Translations under genes and position numbers: made by a program | The notes under the pieces: generated by a model | What the model was told of the DNA's origin: nothing | Seen by the model: the letters and a program-made list of their open reading frames with translations, nothing else | Database searches by the model: none | Assembly (NCBI RefSeq): GCF_011386835.1 | Contig: NC_088795.1 | Location: forward strand, 144,646,001-144,710,000 | Length of the DNA: 64,000 bases | DNA from: Chrysemys picta bellii | Lineage: Eukaryota | Direction: 5' to 3' | Shown: piece after piece, positions 52,571-64,000 of the stretch | Layout of the letters: the number at the start of each line of letters is the position of its first letter | How positions within the stretch are numbered: position 1 is the stretch's first letter

Positions 52571-54407
52571 AGCGCCCCAGGGCAGAGGGCAGAGCCAGGC
52601 CCAGCCGGTTCTGAGCCGCCCCAGGAGGGGGTGGGGGCCAGGTGCAGCTCGGTGCTGAGCCCTACCCCCGGCCAGGGGCTAACCCGGGCACGGCCGAGGG
52701 GTGATGGGCCAGCCCAGGGCAGGCAGGTCCCAGGCTCTGCGGGCAGCAGCTCTCAAGGGGTCACACCTCACAGCCCCAAGCCCTGCAGCTGGGAACACGC
52801 TGGGTGAGCCACGGTCCTTGGGGCTTCCCACGAGCTGCTGGCCAGCGAGCTCCCCCCCCCCATACACACAGTGGAGGACAAACACAGGCTAGACCAGCCA
52901 TTCCTTTGAACACATCTTTATTGTGTTTATGCATAAGCGCTGCCTTCGCCCTGCTCCTCAAGCCAGGGAGGGCCATCCACTGCTGCTGCTCCCAGCTGCT
53001 GACTCCCTGCTCCCAAGCCCAACAGTGGGGCCTACCAGGGGGTGATAGACTCTCCTCAGGGTGCTGGAAGGCAGAGCTGGAGTAGCCCCCCCAGGTCCCA
53101 CCTTGCTCAAGCGCTGGGGTTTAAGGCCCCTGCCCTGGGAGATGAGTCCCAGCCCATCACCCCCCTGAGATACCCACAGCCACCCTAGGCCTACAGGCCC
53201 CCCGGCTCCACACCTTTCAAATACCTGCCCTTTGTCAACTGGGCCCCCTTAAGCCCCCACTCCAGCTGTCACACCCAGTGCTCCTGCATGCAGCCCCTAG
53301 CAGTGGTTGGTGTTACCTCCTCCCAGTGCTGCAGCCCAGAGGAGCTCCACTATGATGAAACGCTGTAGGGTAGTAAAGTAAGCACAAGGCAGTGGACTGG
53401 GGGTAATGCTCAGCCGATCACCTTAGGGGCAGAGCTGAGGCTAGTCTCTGGGGCAGTCCTTATGTGGGTCCCTGGGGGGGAGCAGGATCTTTGCCTAGAA
53501 GAGGAGCAGAGCTGAGATGTGGGGAGGTAGGTGTGGCCCCCTTACCTGTGTCACTGCCCATGAGGCAAGCTGATCGGTGTGACCCAGAATCCTTTGCTCT
53601 GGAGGTTGTTCCTGGCCCTTGGCATAAGATACAAGGAAGCAGCTTGTCCTGTGTGGCCGGGTGCCCAGCCCAGGGAGTGGCCTGGGCATGGCTCTTGCAA
53701 GCCCCCAGCTCCACTCCCTGGGGCAGAATAAGGACACACTGCCTTCCCCTAAAACAGGCTGGTCTTACCCAGCCCATTCTGCAGGCCACGCCCTGGTGTG
53801 GGAATGGGGGGCACCAAGGAGCACGCTGCAGATGGAGTTACAGCCAGGCCTGCGCCACCAGGCCTCCCCCCAGCTGGACTGCCACATGGGGTGACCTCAG
53901 TTGCTCCATTGTGGGGAAGGAAGGAATCCCAAAGCCCCCAAGCAGAGCTCCCCAACCCAGGGTAGAGTGAGAACCAGGCCCTTTCCTGAACTAGCCAGCA
54001 TAGGAGGCTGGGGGGAGAGGGGAGGGAGGAAATGCCCCCTTGCTAACCCCACTGCATGGAGCCAAGCTTGGGGGGGCACAGACACAGCCCCACTAGGCGA
54101 GGGAGGGGCATCTCCCAGCTGGGGCTGCAGGGAGGGGACAAGAGTCCTGCAGCTGCACCCAGCCCCCCACCCTTCCACCTCCAGGGCAGCCCCAGCTGGG
54201 AGATCAGCCCACCAGCCCCCTCCCTGCTCCTGGACCCCAGCTCCCCCCCAAGATCCATCACAGCCTCTGCACTGCCCCTCTGGGAGCTGGGGCTGGGTGG
54301 TTCCCTGGCGCCGTTCCCAGCTGGAGACAGACAAGAAGGAGCTCCAGGGCTGGGGGACATCAATCACCTCCAGGGGACTGTCGGGCTGGGGGGGACGAGA
54401 CGGCCAG

Positions 54408-57400
54408 TTACTGCTTGATCTGCCCCCCATCACCCTCGCTCACAAATCGCTTCCGGCCCCTTGGAGAGAGGAAAGACACGAATGTCAGTGAGCCAGGCCC
54501 CAGCCAACCCTGGGCTCTCCCCACACACAGCTCCGCCGGTGCCCCTCACTCCCGACCCACAGCTCTGCCGTGCCCCTCCATCCCAACCTGCAGCCCCTGC
54601 TACCTCAGCCCGGGGCTCCCCACACAGCTCTGCCAGTGCCCCTCACTCCCAACCCACAGCCTCTGCTAGCCTAGCTCTGCCGATGTCCCTCAATCCTGAC
54701 CCACAGCCCCTGCTACCCCAGCACTGGGTTTCCCCCCACCTCCAACCCACAAGCTCCTTCTATCCCAGCCCCAGGCTCCTCTGCAGTTCTCCTGGTGCGC
54801 CTCAAACCTGACCCGTAGTCCCCCATGCTGCAGCTACCTGGCTGGGCAGGTGTCTCTCAGCTGCTTGGTGATGACTCCCTCCTCGAAGCAGAGATCCACC
54901 AGCCGCTCCAGGATACGGTGAGCAAGGGGCACATCCAGGCTGATGTCTCCGAGCTCGTCATAGACTCGCTGAAAGCCCTGGGGGATCAGGAGAACTGGGA
55001 TCAGAGCCAGGAATGCTGAGGCAGAGCAGGGAGGGGCCGTGATGCCCCAGGGAGACCTTGCGCCCTGGGCTGGGAATGGCAGCCCGTGCTGCAGTCAATC
55101 CTAGAGGCTGAATCTGCCCCCACAAGGGCCTCCTCACCTCTGCTGCAGCTGGCCAGTCTGCCGAGACTCCATGGCTGGCTCCCCTGCACTATTCATGGCA
55201 CCAACCCAGCCCCTTGCTCCCCGGGCTCCTGTCCCAGCTCCAGCACTCACCCGGTTCATCTGGTCCAGGGTCACCAGGCCGGTCTCCCACAGCACCTTGA
55301 GCAGTTTTACCATCATGACGACGGGCGTCTCGCCTGTGGACTCCAGCACCATCACTACAGCCTGCGAGGATGGAGGAGGGGGCGTCAGCATGGGGTGGGC
55401 AGCACCAGCCACTGCTGGCATCCCGGACACCCCCCAGGATCCAGGTAGCAAGCATAGCTCCCACGGCCGGGCCGCAGCAGCCACTGGGGGTGCCGCGGGT
55501 ACTGCCCCCGGCCAGCGCTGGCCATCACAGCACAGCCCCAAACGGACGCCCCAGGCCAGGCCTGCGCCCTACCTCATAGACCAGCTCATGATGGAAGTGA
55601 GGGACCTCCAGTTCCCGCAGGCAGTGCTCTGCCTCCGACACCTCCCCGGACAGCAGGTACTCGCGCAGCAGCAGGTTCATCTGTGGGGAAAGGTACTGAG
55701 GGCTCAGCATGGGGACGGGCAGGCGCCCGCCCAGGCCCCGTGCAGCCCCGGGGCCAAGCCGGCCAGCGAGGGGCGCAAGGCGCTCACCTCTTTGATGAGA
55801 TGCTTCACGGGCCTCTGGCCGCCCCCCACTCCCCACACGTTGTCCAACTGGTTCACGTCCCGCTTGATCCGGAGCAGCACTGCGGCGCGGTCCAAGGCAG
55901 CCCTGCAAGGAGGAGACAGTGAGGAGCAGGGGGCTCTCCCTGGAGATGCTGCCAGCTGGGGGCAGAGCAGACCAGGCTGGTGCCAGGGCAGGGCGGGGGG
56001 AGGAGACTCTTACCGGGCGTGCTCACAGTCCACGCGCCCCTTGTAGCGGTCCAGGAAGTCCAGGGGCAACGCATGGTCAGCCACGGCCCGGGCAATGAAT
56101 TGGCCCAGCATCTGCAGAGACACGAGCGTGTGGTCAGGGCGCAGACGCTGCCCAGGGGCCTGGCACAGCACCTCCTCTGCCTGGCAGGGCCAGGTCCTAG
56201 AGCCCCCACCCAACTCCCGATCACCATGGCATTCCCAGCCCCGCCCCCACCCTCCCAAGGGCATTCCCAGCTCCTCCCTTCCCATGCACCACCCCCCCAG
56301 CATTCCCAGTCCCACCCAGGGCATTCCCCCCTCCCAGTTCTCCCCCCCCCATGCCATTCCTGCCCCTGGCCCCACCATGTCTCCCCAGCCCCTCCCAGGG
56401 GTATTCCCAGCCCCACCTGCGGAGCCTCAGGAGTGTCCAGGATGAGGTCAGGCAGGTCCTTGAGCATCTTGTCGAAGGCCCTGGCGATGTCCTCCGAGGT
56501 CATGACCTTGCCCACGAGGTCAGAGAGCAGGCGGGAGGTCAGCTCCCGGTGGCTGGCCTTGCCCTCCAGTGCCAGCGCCACAGCCAGTGAGGGGACGGCG
56601 TGCTTCCTGCTGCCCAGGTTCAGCTCCTTCAGCAGCTCCTGCGCCCAGCACAGCGCGTCAGCCCAGCCCCGCTCCGGCCTCCTTCCTCCACGGCGCCCAG
56701 CCCCACTCCATCCTCCTCCTTCCTCAGCAGTTCCCAGTGCCCTCCCCTGGCACCGCAGGGGCCCCCGGGGCCTAGCCAGATGGATGTGGCCCCTGAATCC
56801 CTCCCAGCCCAGAAGCCCGCTGGGGGGAGATGGGGTGGCAGAGGGACTCCCCAGACTCACCATCACCTCGAGGGTGTCCCCGTGTTCAAAGTACTCCAGC
56901 ACCATGGGGTGCACGTTCTTCTCCAGCTCCCCCTCCTCCAGCTCCGGCGTCACCGTGGCATAGACCGTGTCGCCCTGTAGAGAGGGGCAGAGGGGCTCAC
57001 GGCCAGCGGTACCCCCACTGCGACAGGCCCCACCCACACAAGCACCAGTCCGTGGGGCTCCGGGGAGGGGGCTGGCATGGCTGAGCGGGGGCAGGCAGAC
57101 AGGCCGGGGGCAGCAGTGGGTGGGTGCTGGGGTCCGAGTTCAGTGACGCTTGGCTCCGGGGGGGGAGGAAGGGGCCCGGGAACGTACCTGAGATGATTCG
57201 TCGTAGTTGGGGTCCCGAGCGTCGGGCTCCTGGTACCCGTACACCAGGCCAGGTGCACCCCACACACCCTTGCCCCCAGCACCACCTGCAGGAGACACAG
57301 TGGTTCAGCCACCCCCATGGGCCACAGCATCCCAGCCGGGCACCAACCCAGCTCTGCCTGCTACAGAAAAGGGACCGGGGGCCTCTGGGCAAGGGTAGCG

Positions 57401-58125
57401 CACTGCTCAGAGCCCCCAGCCCAGGGCAAAGCTGGGCACCAGCGCAGCACTGGCTCACGGCAGGCTCCCAGCCCGGGCATGACTGTGTCACAAGTGTAGT
57501 GAGTTCAGTGGGGCCCAGCAAACCCACAGCACGTGGCAGGAGCGGCTCCCACCCAGCACAGGAAGAGCAGGGGACTGCGTGGGGATTGAGGGAGGATCCC
57601 TGTGTCTTTGGGGCAGCAGGAGGGAGCAGGGGCTGCACTGTGTGGGGTGTGGGGACTGGGAGCTGCACTGTGGGGCAGCAGTGAGCCAGGAGGGACTGCA
57701 GGGGTGTGCGCTATGTGACAGCCAGGTGGGCCACAGGCTGCACTGTGGGGCAGGGGTGTGCCCCAAGGCAGCAGGAGGGGCAGGGGGATGCAGGGAGGGC
57801 ATCAGGGTGATGGGAGCCTGCACTGTGAGGCAGGGGTGTGCTGCATCTCACCTTTCTTGGGGAGCCCACGGCCCTTGCCCATACGCGACTTCCTGTCATT
57901 GGTCTTGCCCTTGGGGCTGCTGGGGTCGGGGCTGGGCTCCCCCCCCTCGGGTGCCGGCTCCCGGGTGGAGTCCCGGGACGAGGTGCGCCGCAGGCGCCGC
58001 TTGGCCTTGGCTTTGAGCCGAGCTTCGTGCAGGGCCTTCTCCTGTGGGGTCCAGGAGCGGGACTCGTCGCCATCCATCAGCTCCTCTTCCAGAGCCTCGT
58101 CCTCTGAGCCTGCCTGGCACGTGGC
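54408..58125 (-). CDS. PDCD4-like protein (two MA3 domains); exons 58125-57852, 57285-57188, 56974-56861, 56638-56417, 56111-56014, 55902-55788, 55680-55573, 55361-55251, 54977-54838, 54459-54408
   Basis: [19 protein letters not shown]; [19 protein letters not shown]; EYFEHGD; [10 protein letters not shown]; [19 protein letters not shown]; [13 protein letters not shown]. All junctions GT-AG, frame open (1332 nt). Clearly diverged from PDCD4 itself, so called a paralog. Minus-strand AATAAA at 52917-52922. Confidence 0.93.
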
Positions 58126-58689
58126 CTGCAAGGCACGGTGGTCTCAGAGACGCCCCGCTGCCCCCAAGAGCCCCGGGAGAGGCAGAGGAGCCAGGGGCTG
58201 CCCCACGGAGCGCTTCCTTTCCCTTCCTATTCACCCCCCCTCCAGTCCCGGCCTCGCCCAGCAAGGGGCGCGCTAGGGAGCAGCTGGCTGAATTCACACG
58301 GCTCCAGACAACCTCCCGCCCCAGGGGAAGTGAAAGAGCCAAGGCCCAACCCGCAAATGTCATGCCAAGCAGGGGAACAGCCTGTGCCCTTGCTGCAGGC
58401 TGGGGGCAGTGGAGGGGCTGCCCATTCCCCCGCCCCCCCCGAGGGATGCAGACCGCTCCAGGGCAGGTCTCTGCCCCCAACCTCACTATGGGGTGTAGCA
58501 CCCTCCTGCTGCACCCCCAGGCTGGGGACAGAGTCGCTCAGACGGGCCAGGCTCCTGGCATCCCAGGGCATGGAGACCGGGCGTGGGGGCCTGGGAACGG
58601 CCGAGTTCCCCGCTGGGAGGGAATATGGAGAATTGGGCTAGAGCCAGGCAGGACCGGGCAACCCCCGGCCGCCAGCGCCTCCGACTCCC

Positions 58690-59240
58690 GCCCCGCGTCC
58701 CCCCGGGCCCCCCACTCCCGCCAGTGCCCCCCACTCCCGCCCCGCAGCCCTCGGGGCCCCCCACTCCCGCCCTGCAGGCCCCCCGACCCCCACCAGCGCC
58801 CCCCACTCCCGCCCCGCAGCCCCCGACCCCCACTCCCGCCCCGCAGCCCCTCGGACCCCCCGCCAGCGCCCCCCACTCCCGCCCCGCGTCCCCCCGGACC
58901 CCCCACTCCCGCCAGCGCCCCCCACTCCCGCCCCGCAACCCCCGACCCCCACCAGCGCCCCCCACTCCCGCCCTGCAGCCCCCCGGGCCCCACCACTCCC
59001 GCCAGCGCCCCCCACTCCCGCCCTGCAGCCCCCCGACCCCCACCAGCGCCCCCCACTCCCGCCCCACAGCCCCCGACCCCCACCAGCGCCCCCCACTCCC
59101 GCCCCGCAGCCCCCGACCCCCACCAGCGCCCCCCACTCCCGCCCCGCAGCCCCCCGACCCCCACCAGCGCCCCCCACTCCCGCCCCGCAGCCCCCGGAGC
59201 CCCCCACTCCCGCCCCGCAGCCCCCGACCCCCACTCCCGC
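58690..59240. repeat. C-rich minisatellite in PDCD4-like intron 1
   Basis: Repeated CCCCACTCCCGCCCCGCAGCCCCCGACCCCCACCAGCGCC variants. Confidence 0.88.
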
Positions 59241-59408
59241 CCCGCGGCCCCCGGGCGGACAGAAGCGGAGGGGGACGGAGGGCCCCCCCCGCTGGCCAGG
59301 CAGCTCGTGCCCCGTGGCGCTCGGCCCCGGCCCCGCCCCCAGCGCACATGGGGACCGGGCAGAACGCGCCCGGGGGGGGGGGGATTGGGGGCGGGGCAGG
59401 CCCGGTAC

Positions 59409-59460
59409 TTGCCAGGGCGGCGGCGGCCGGGCCGCGGGCGGGGCTGACCGATCCCGACAT
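59409..59460 (-). CDS. Candidate first coding exon of the PDCD4-like gene (MSGSVSPARGPAAAALA)
   Basis: gccATGt in a CpG island just downstream of an ETS/CRE motif; donor AA|GTACCG in phase 1. The best acceptor of the next exon is phase 0, so the junction is unresolved. Confidence 0.4.
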
Positions 59461-59543
59461 GGCCGCTGGCGGCAGCTCCGAGCCGGGCACGATCCCGACC
59501 CTGAAGCTCCGCTGAGCCTCGCTGCTTCGCGCGCCCGCCCCTT

Positions 59544-59558
59544 GCGGAAGTGACGCAC
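59544..59558. promoter_or_regulatory. Composite ETS + half-CRE motif (GCGGAAGTGACGCAC) in the PDCD4-like CpG-island promoter
   Basis: Overlapping CGGAAGT and TGACG, about 85 bp upstream of ATG 59460. Confidence 0.6.
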
Positions 59559-59739
59559 AGGGGGGGCGGGACTCCAGCCAACTCCCCTCAACCTCGCAGC
59601 CGCAGGGCGCGAGCGGCCCCGCCCCCATGCCCCGCCCACGCTAGCAGGGGCCGCGGGGGGCGGGGTCGCTGCACAGACCAATGGCCGCTCTGCGCCGCCC
59701 CCTACCTGCCCCCGGAGCAACGGTTCCACAGCCGCCAGA

Positions 59740-60975
59740 CTGAGCCATGGCTCTGGGAAGGGGGGGAAGCAGGGAGCGGACTGACCCATGGCTCTGGGGA
59801 GGGGGGGGAAGCAGGGAGCGGACTGACCCATGGCTCTGGGGAGGGGAGGGAGCGGACTGACCCATGGCTCTGGGAAGGGGGGGGAAGCAGGGAGCGGACT
59901 GACCCATGGCTCTGGGAAGGGGGCGGAAGCAGGGAGCGGACTGACCCATGGCTCTGGGGAGGGGGGGGAAGCAGGGAGCGGACTGACCCATGGCTCTGGG
60001 GAGGGGGGGGAAGCAGGGAGCGGACTGACCCATGGCTCTGGGGAGGGGAGGGAGCGGACTGACCCATGGCTCTGGGAAGGGGGGGGAAGCAGGGAGCGGA
60101 CTGACCCATGGCTCTGGGAAGGGGGCGGAAGCAGGGAGCGGACTGACCCATGGCTCTGGGGAGGGGGCGGAAGCAGGGTGCGGACTGACCCATGGCTCTG
60201 GGGAGGGGAGGGAGCGGACTGACCCATGGCTCTGGGAAGGGGGGGGAAGCAGGGAGCGGACTGACCCATGGCTCTGGGGAGGGGGCGGAAGCAGGGAGCG
60301 GACTGACCCATGGCTCTGGGAAGGGGGGGGAAGCAGGGAGCGGACTGACCCATGGCTCTGGGGAGGGGGGGAAGCAGGGAGCGGACTGACCCATGGCGCT
60401 GGGGAGGGGAGGGGAGGGAGCGGACTGACCCATGGCTCTGGGAAGGGGGGGGAAGCAGGGAGCGGACTGACCCATGGCTCTGGGGAGGGGGGGGAAGCAG
60501 GGAGCAGACTGACCCATGGCTCTGGGGAGGGGAGGGGAGGGGAGGGAGCGGACTGACCCATGGCTCTGGGAAGGGGGGGAAGCAGGGAGCGGACTGACCC
60601 ATGGCTCTGGGGAGGGGGGGGAAAGCAGGGAGCGGACTGACCCATGGCTCTGGGGAGGGGGGGAAAGCAGGGAGCGGACTGACCCATGGCTCTGGGGAGG
60701 GGGGGGAAGCAGGGAGCGGACTGACCCATGGCTCTGGGAAGGGGTGGGAAGCAGGGAGCGGACTGACCCATGGCTCTGGGAAGGGGGGGGAAGCAGGGAG
60801 CGGACTGACCCATGGCTCTGGGAAGGGGGGGGAGCGGACTGACCCATGGCTCTGGGAAGGGGGGGGAAGCAGGGAGCGGACTGACCCATGGCTCTGGGAA
60901 GGGGGGGGCGGACTGACTCATGGCTCTGGGAAGGGGGGGGAAGCAGGGAGCGGACTGACTCATAGCTCTGGGGAG
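59740..60975. repeat. Minisatellite, ~42-bp unit (with ~35-bp variants), ~30 copies
   Basis: Repeated GGGAGCGGACTGACCCATGGCTCTGGG(A/G)AGGGGGGGAAGCA. Confidence 0.95.
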
Positions 60976-61054
60976 GGGGGGTAAGGAGTGGACTCAGTCT
61001 TGGTTCTTCCCGGGACCCCACCAGCCAGGGCAATGGTGGGGGGCAGAGAGGGGG

Positions 61055-61193
61055 TAGGGTGACCAGACAGCAAGTGTGAAAAATCGGGACAGGTGGTGTG
61101 TGTGTGTGTGTGGGGGGGTAATAGAAACCTATATAAGAAAAAGACCCAAAAATTGGGACTGTCCCTATAAAATCGGGACATCTGGTCACCCTA
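61055..61193. mobile_element. Intact hAT-type MITE
   Basis: Perfect 13-bp TIR TAGGGTGACCAGA / TCTGGTCACCCTA; perfect 8-bp [11 protein letters not shown]. Confidence 0.92.
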
Positions 61194-62454
61194 AGAGGGG
61201 GCCAGGGGTCTAGGTCTGTGCTCTGGGTCCATCCTTGAGACCCCAATGTCACCCCGCACTGCTCTCTCTTGGGCCCAACCCCTGTTGTCCTTGCACTGAC
61301 CATTGGGTTGTGCTGGAAGGGGGCAGCCAGGAGTGACAGATCTGGGTGAGGCGTGTGCTAGCTGCCCTTCACGCGGGCAAAATTAAGGGGCAATTAAATG
61401 CCCTGTTGCATTGTGAGAACTGAAAAAAAAGAAAGCCACTACCCAAGGCCCTGGCAAGGCTAGACCCAGAGGTAAGCCCTCCGGCTGAGGGAATCTCTGG
61501 GAACTGATTGCCACACAGGGGCTGGGGCATTGACTGGGGCAGCTGTTGTGTCTGGAAGCCCAGAGAAAGGAGCAGGCAGCGAGAGAAGCAATGGTGAGCA
61601 TGGCCTGGAGAGGGAGCACACAGTGCTCCTGAGGCGCAGGGCTGGCTGGAGGGGCAGACGTGGGACTAGGAAGGGAACTATCTGCGTGCTCCAGCTGTGT
61701 CCAGGGAACCAGGACCTAGTGTGTTGTTTGTGAATGAACTTGATTGCGCCACCTGCTGACTTGAATCAGCCCTTTCTCCCCATGACGGAAACTGCCTGCA
61801 AGGCCCCCGCTGTCAGCTAAAGCCCACCCCTCACACAGAGGGACAAGAACACTGCAGGCCCCTGCTGGGACAGCTGGAGGTGGTAGGGGACAGGGAGACC
61901 AGAGGTCTGGAGGTCTGGTCTGTCTTGGCCCCAGCCTCTGGCTGACAGAGTGTGGGAAGTACGGCCCCAGCTTCCAGCCACCTCGGGGGGCAGGGCAGAC
62001 CAGGAACCTGCGGCTGCTCCCTCCCTTGCTGTGGGCCTCCCTGCCCGTGCAATGGGCTGATGGCCCCATGGCTGGGCTGCCCCTTGGCTCTCTCTGCAAT
62101 TCACTGTGGTGGAGATGTGCTGGAGCCAGAGGGAGCTGGGACCCCTTCTCAGGCTGTTCCTGGGTTCCTTGGGGGCCTGAGGGTGTGGGTGTAGCCACCC
62201 TGCCCATCCACCCAGGCTGGGAGCACTGATAAAAGCCCACGTTAATGGGAGTCGGAGGACACCAGCTGTGACTCGTGTCTCCTTTAGCTTTCAGCTGCCC
62301 TCTCTGTCGCAGTTGTGCAGTGTAGGAGCATCTCACTTTTGTCTGCAGTCAATGAATGGGAGGAAAAGAGGGAGGTCAGTACTTTGATCTGACCACCAAA
62401 ATCCATCGTGTTTCCTTTCAACTTCCTTGTGCTTCCCACTGGAACATGGCCCAA

Positions 62455-63400
62455 TGTTACATAAGAACGGCCGTACTGGGGTCAGACCAAAGGTCCATCC
62501 AGCCCAGTATCCTGTCTACCGACAGTGGCCAGTGCCATGTGCCCCAGAGGGAATGAACAGAACAGGGGACACCACGTTCAACAAAACGAAAGCCTTCAGC
62601 TGCACACCAGTCATGAAGCCAACAGTTCACCTCCAGCACGTTCTGCCTTGTCACACAGGGACCGGTAGACTCTCAGAGACGGTCACTTGGACTTTCCTTT
62701 ACTTCTGCTCCCTTCCAAGCTGCCCGAGGCCTTCTATAATCTGCGTGGTTCCATGGGATGCCGTGCCATTGGTTCCAATGTGTGTCATCAGCCTTGGGGG
62801 AGACCTGCAGACAGCCTCCGAATCCTGTGGTTACAACTCCTGTTTTCACTCTGGCAGACAGCGCACTGTCCCGTTGGGTCGTGGCCCTGCCTGAATTCTC
62901 TTCCACTCCTCTTGGAGTCACCACTAACTCCAGCTTATTTCAGACCACAACGACCCCCAGCCCCGGTTTGTCCTCTGTAGATTTTTGTTCCAGGTTCTCC
63001 TGTCCTTGACTGCTGAGTGTCTGAAAACATTTGGATGGGTCTAGCTGGGCTGAATGCTTCCTGGCTCTGTTCCCTCTCGTCTGCTGTGTTGGTTCCTCCT
63101 CTCTCCACTTCCCCCATTGCGGATCCTTCCCCTTGGGGCGGCGGGACAGTGATGTCTGAATCTGGCTCTGCTGCATGCAAGAAAACAAAGACTTCTTGGA
63201 CATCGTTGTGACGTACTGTACCAGACCAGGTATCTTCTCCTCTGGTGTAGCCAGAAATTTGTTCTGTCCTCTGGCAGACAAAACCAGCACAGCCAGGGCA
63301 GGGCAGAGCAGCAGTTCCCTCATCCTCCGTATCCGCTTCGTGGCGTAGAGCCACACCTCAGACAGGATCCCGCTGCCTCTCTGAACTCTCCCCGGGTTGC
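62455..63400 (-). mobile_element. CR1 fragment: degraded ORF1 joined directly to the 3' tail
   Basis: ORF1-like N-terminus (AALPCPGCAGFVC..) from 63354 and esterase segment VNCWLHDWCAAEGFRFV near 62600, abutting the CR1 3'UTR at about 62570-62455. Confidence 0.6.
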
Positions 63401-63554
63401 CCCTCCTGTTTACCTGGCAGGTGACTTGGATTAAGCCTCACGGCTCAGCTCTCTCCCTCGCAAACAGGGCAGGAATAAGCAGAGAGGTCAAACACAAGTT
63501 TTGTTCAAAGCCCCATGGGTCCCAGCAACAAGGGCCTTCCCTGAGATACACACC

Positions 63555-63730
63555 TGTCTCCCCTCTCCCTGTTTGCCAGAAGCTGGGAATGGGTGACAGG
63601 GGATGGATCACTTGATGATTCCCTGTTCTGTTCATTCTCTCTGGGGCGTCTGGCACTGGCCACTGTCAGAAGACAGGACACTGGGCTAGATGGACCTTTG
63701 GTCTGACCCAGTCTGGCCATTCTTGCGTTC
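63555..63730 (+). mobile_element. CR1 3' tail fragment
   Basis: Matches the 3' end of the CR1 at about 20215-20370 (CTGTTTGCCAGAAGCTGGGAATGGG..GACCCAGT.TGGCCATTCTT). Confidence 0.85.
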
Positions 63731-64000
63731 TCATCAGTCCAGGGTCCACAGCCCAGCCATGCAGCCCTCATGGAGAACATCTGACTAACACTCGTAAGTC
63801 CCTTTACCCGCAAGCCCAGGGCCCACGGGTCACTGACACCCCGTTTCCACTCCCGAGTCTTTCCGAGGGGGGTGTTTTGGGGGAGGGAGCACGAAGGCTG
63901 GTGACAGGGGCCACCGATTTTTGAACGTTTTTCTTTGCAAGTCTGGGAGTTCCACGGCTCAGCCACATCAGAGCAGCTGAGAGGGTGAAGAGACATGGTC

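Noticed and set aside
59740-60975. Regular repeat array considered as CRISPR-like
   Set aside because: Head-to-tail units with no unique spacers, no cas genes, and a vertebrate context.
58638-61303. Long Pro/Gly-rich ORFs (533-654 aa)
   Set aside because: Translations of minisatellites with no recognisable domain.

Overview
GC-rich vertebrate genomic DNA, most likely a cryptodiran turtle (tortoise Pol III/Cry-type SINEs, turtle-type CR1 and Penelope-like repeats). Gene order matches human 2p13: 5' exons of RTKN (- strand; the shared downstream exons lie left of the window), INO80B (+, 5 coding exons), WBP1 (+, 4 exons) and MOGS (-, 4 exons, with three homopolymer indels that are probably assembly errors). 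Next to MOGS is an intact PDCD4 paralog (-, 10 securely placed coding exons plus an uncertain first exon) that I do not recognise from the mammalian locus. Intronic and intergenic DNA holds a decayed hAT transposon, solo LTRs, a near full-length CR1, SINEs, MITEs, Penelope-like fragments with hammerhead-ribozyme motifs, and GC-rich minisatellites that flank almost every CpG-island promoter. There are two N-gaps (43117-43255, 43262-43519). Best leads: (1) the PDCD4 paralog keeps the AGC-kinase sites but lacks the betaTrCP degron; (2) a candidate muscle-type RTKN promoter (MEF2 site plus six E-boxes) with an 8-codon first exon; (3) hammerhead motifs; (4) a minisatellite apparently built from an AmnSINE1 segment. 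Most long ORFs in the track are artefacts of repeats or GC content. Homology statements come from my recall of the families, not from searches.
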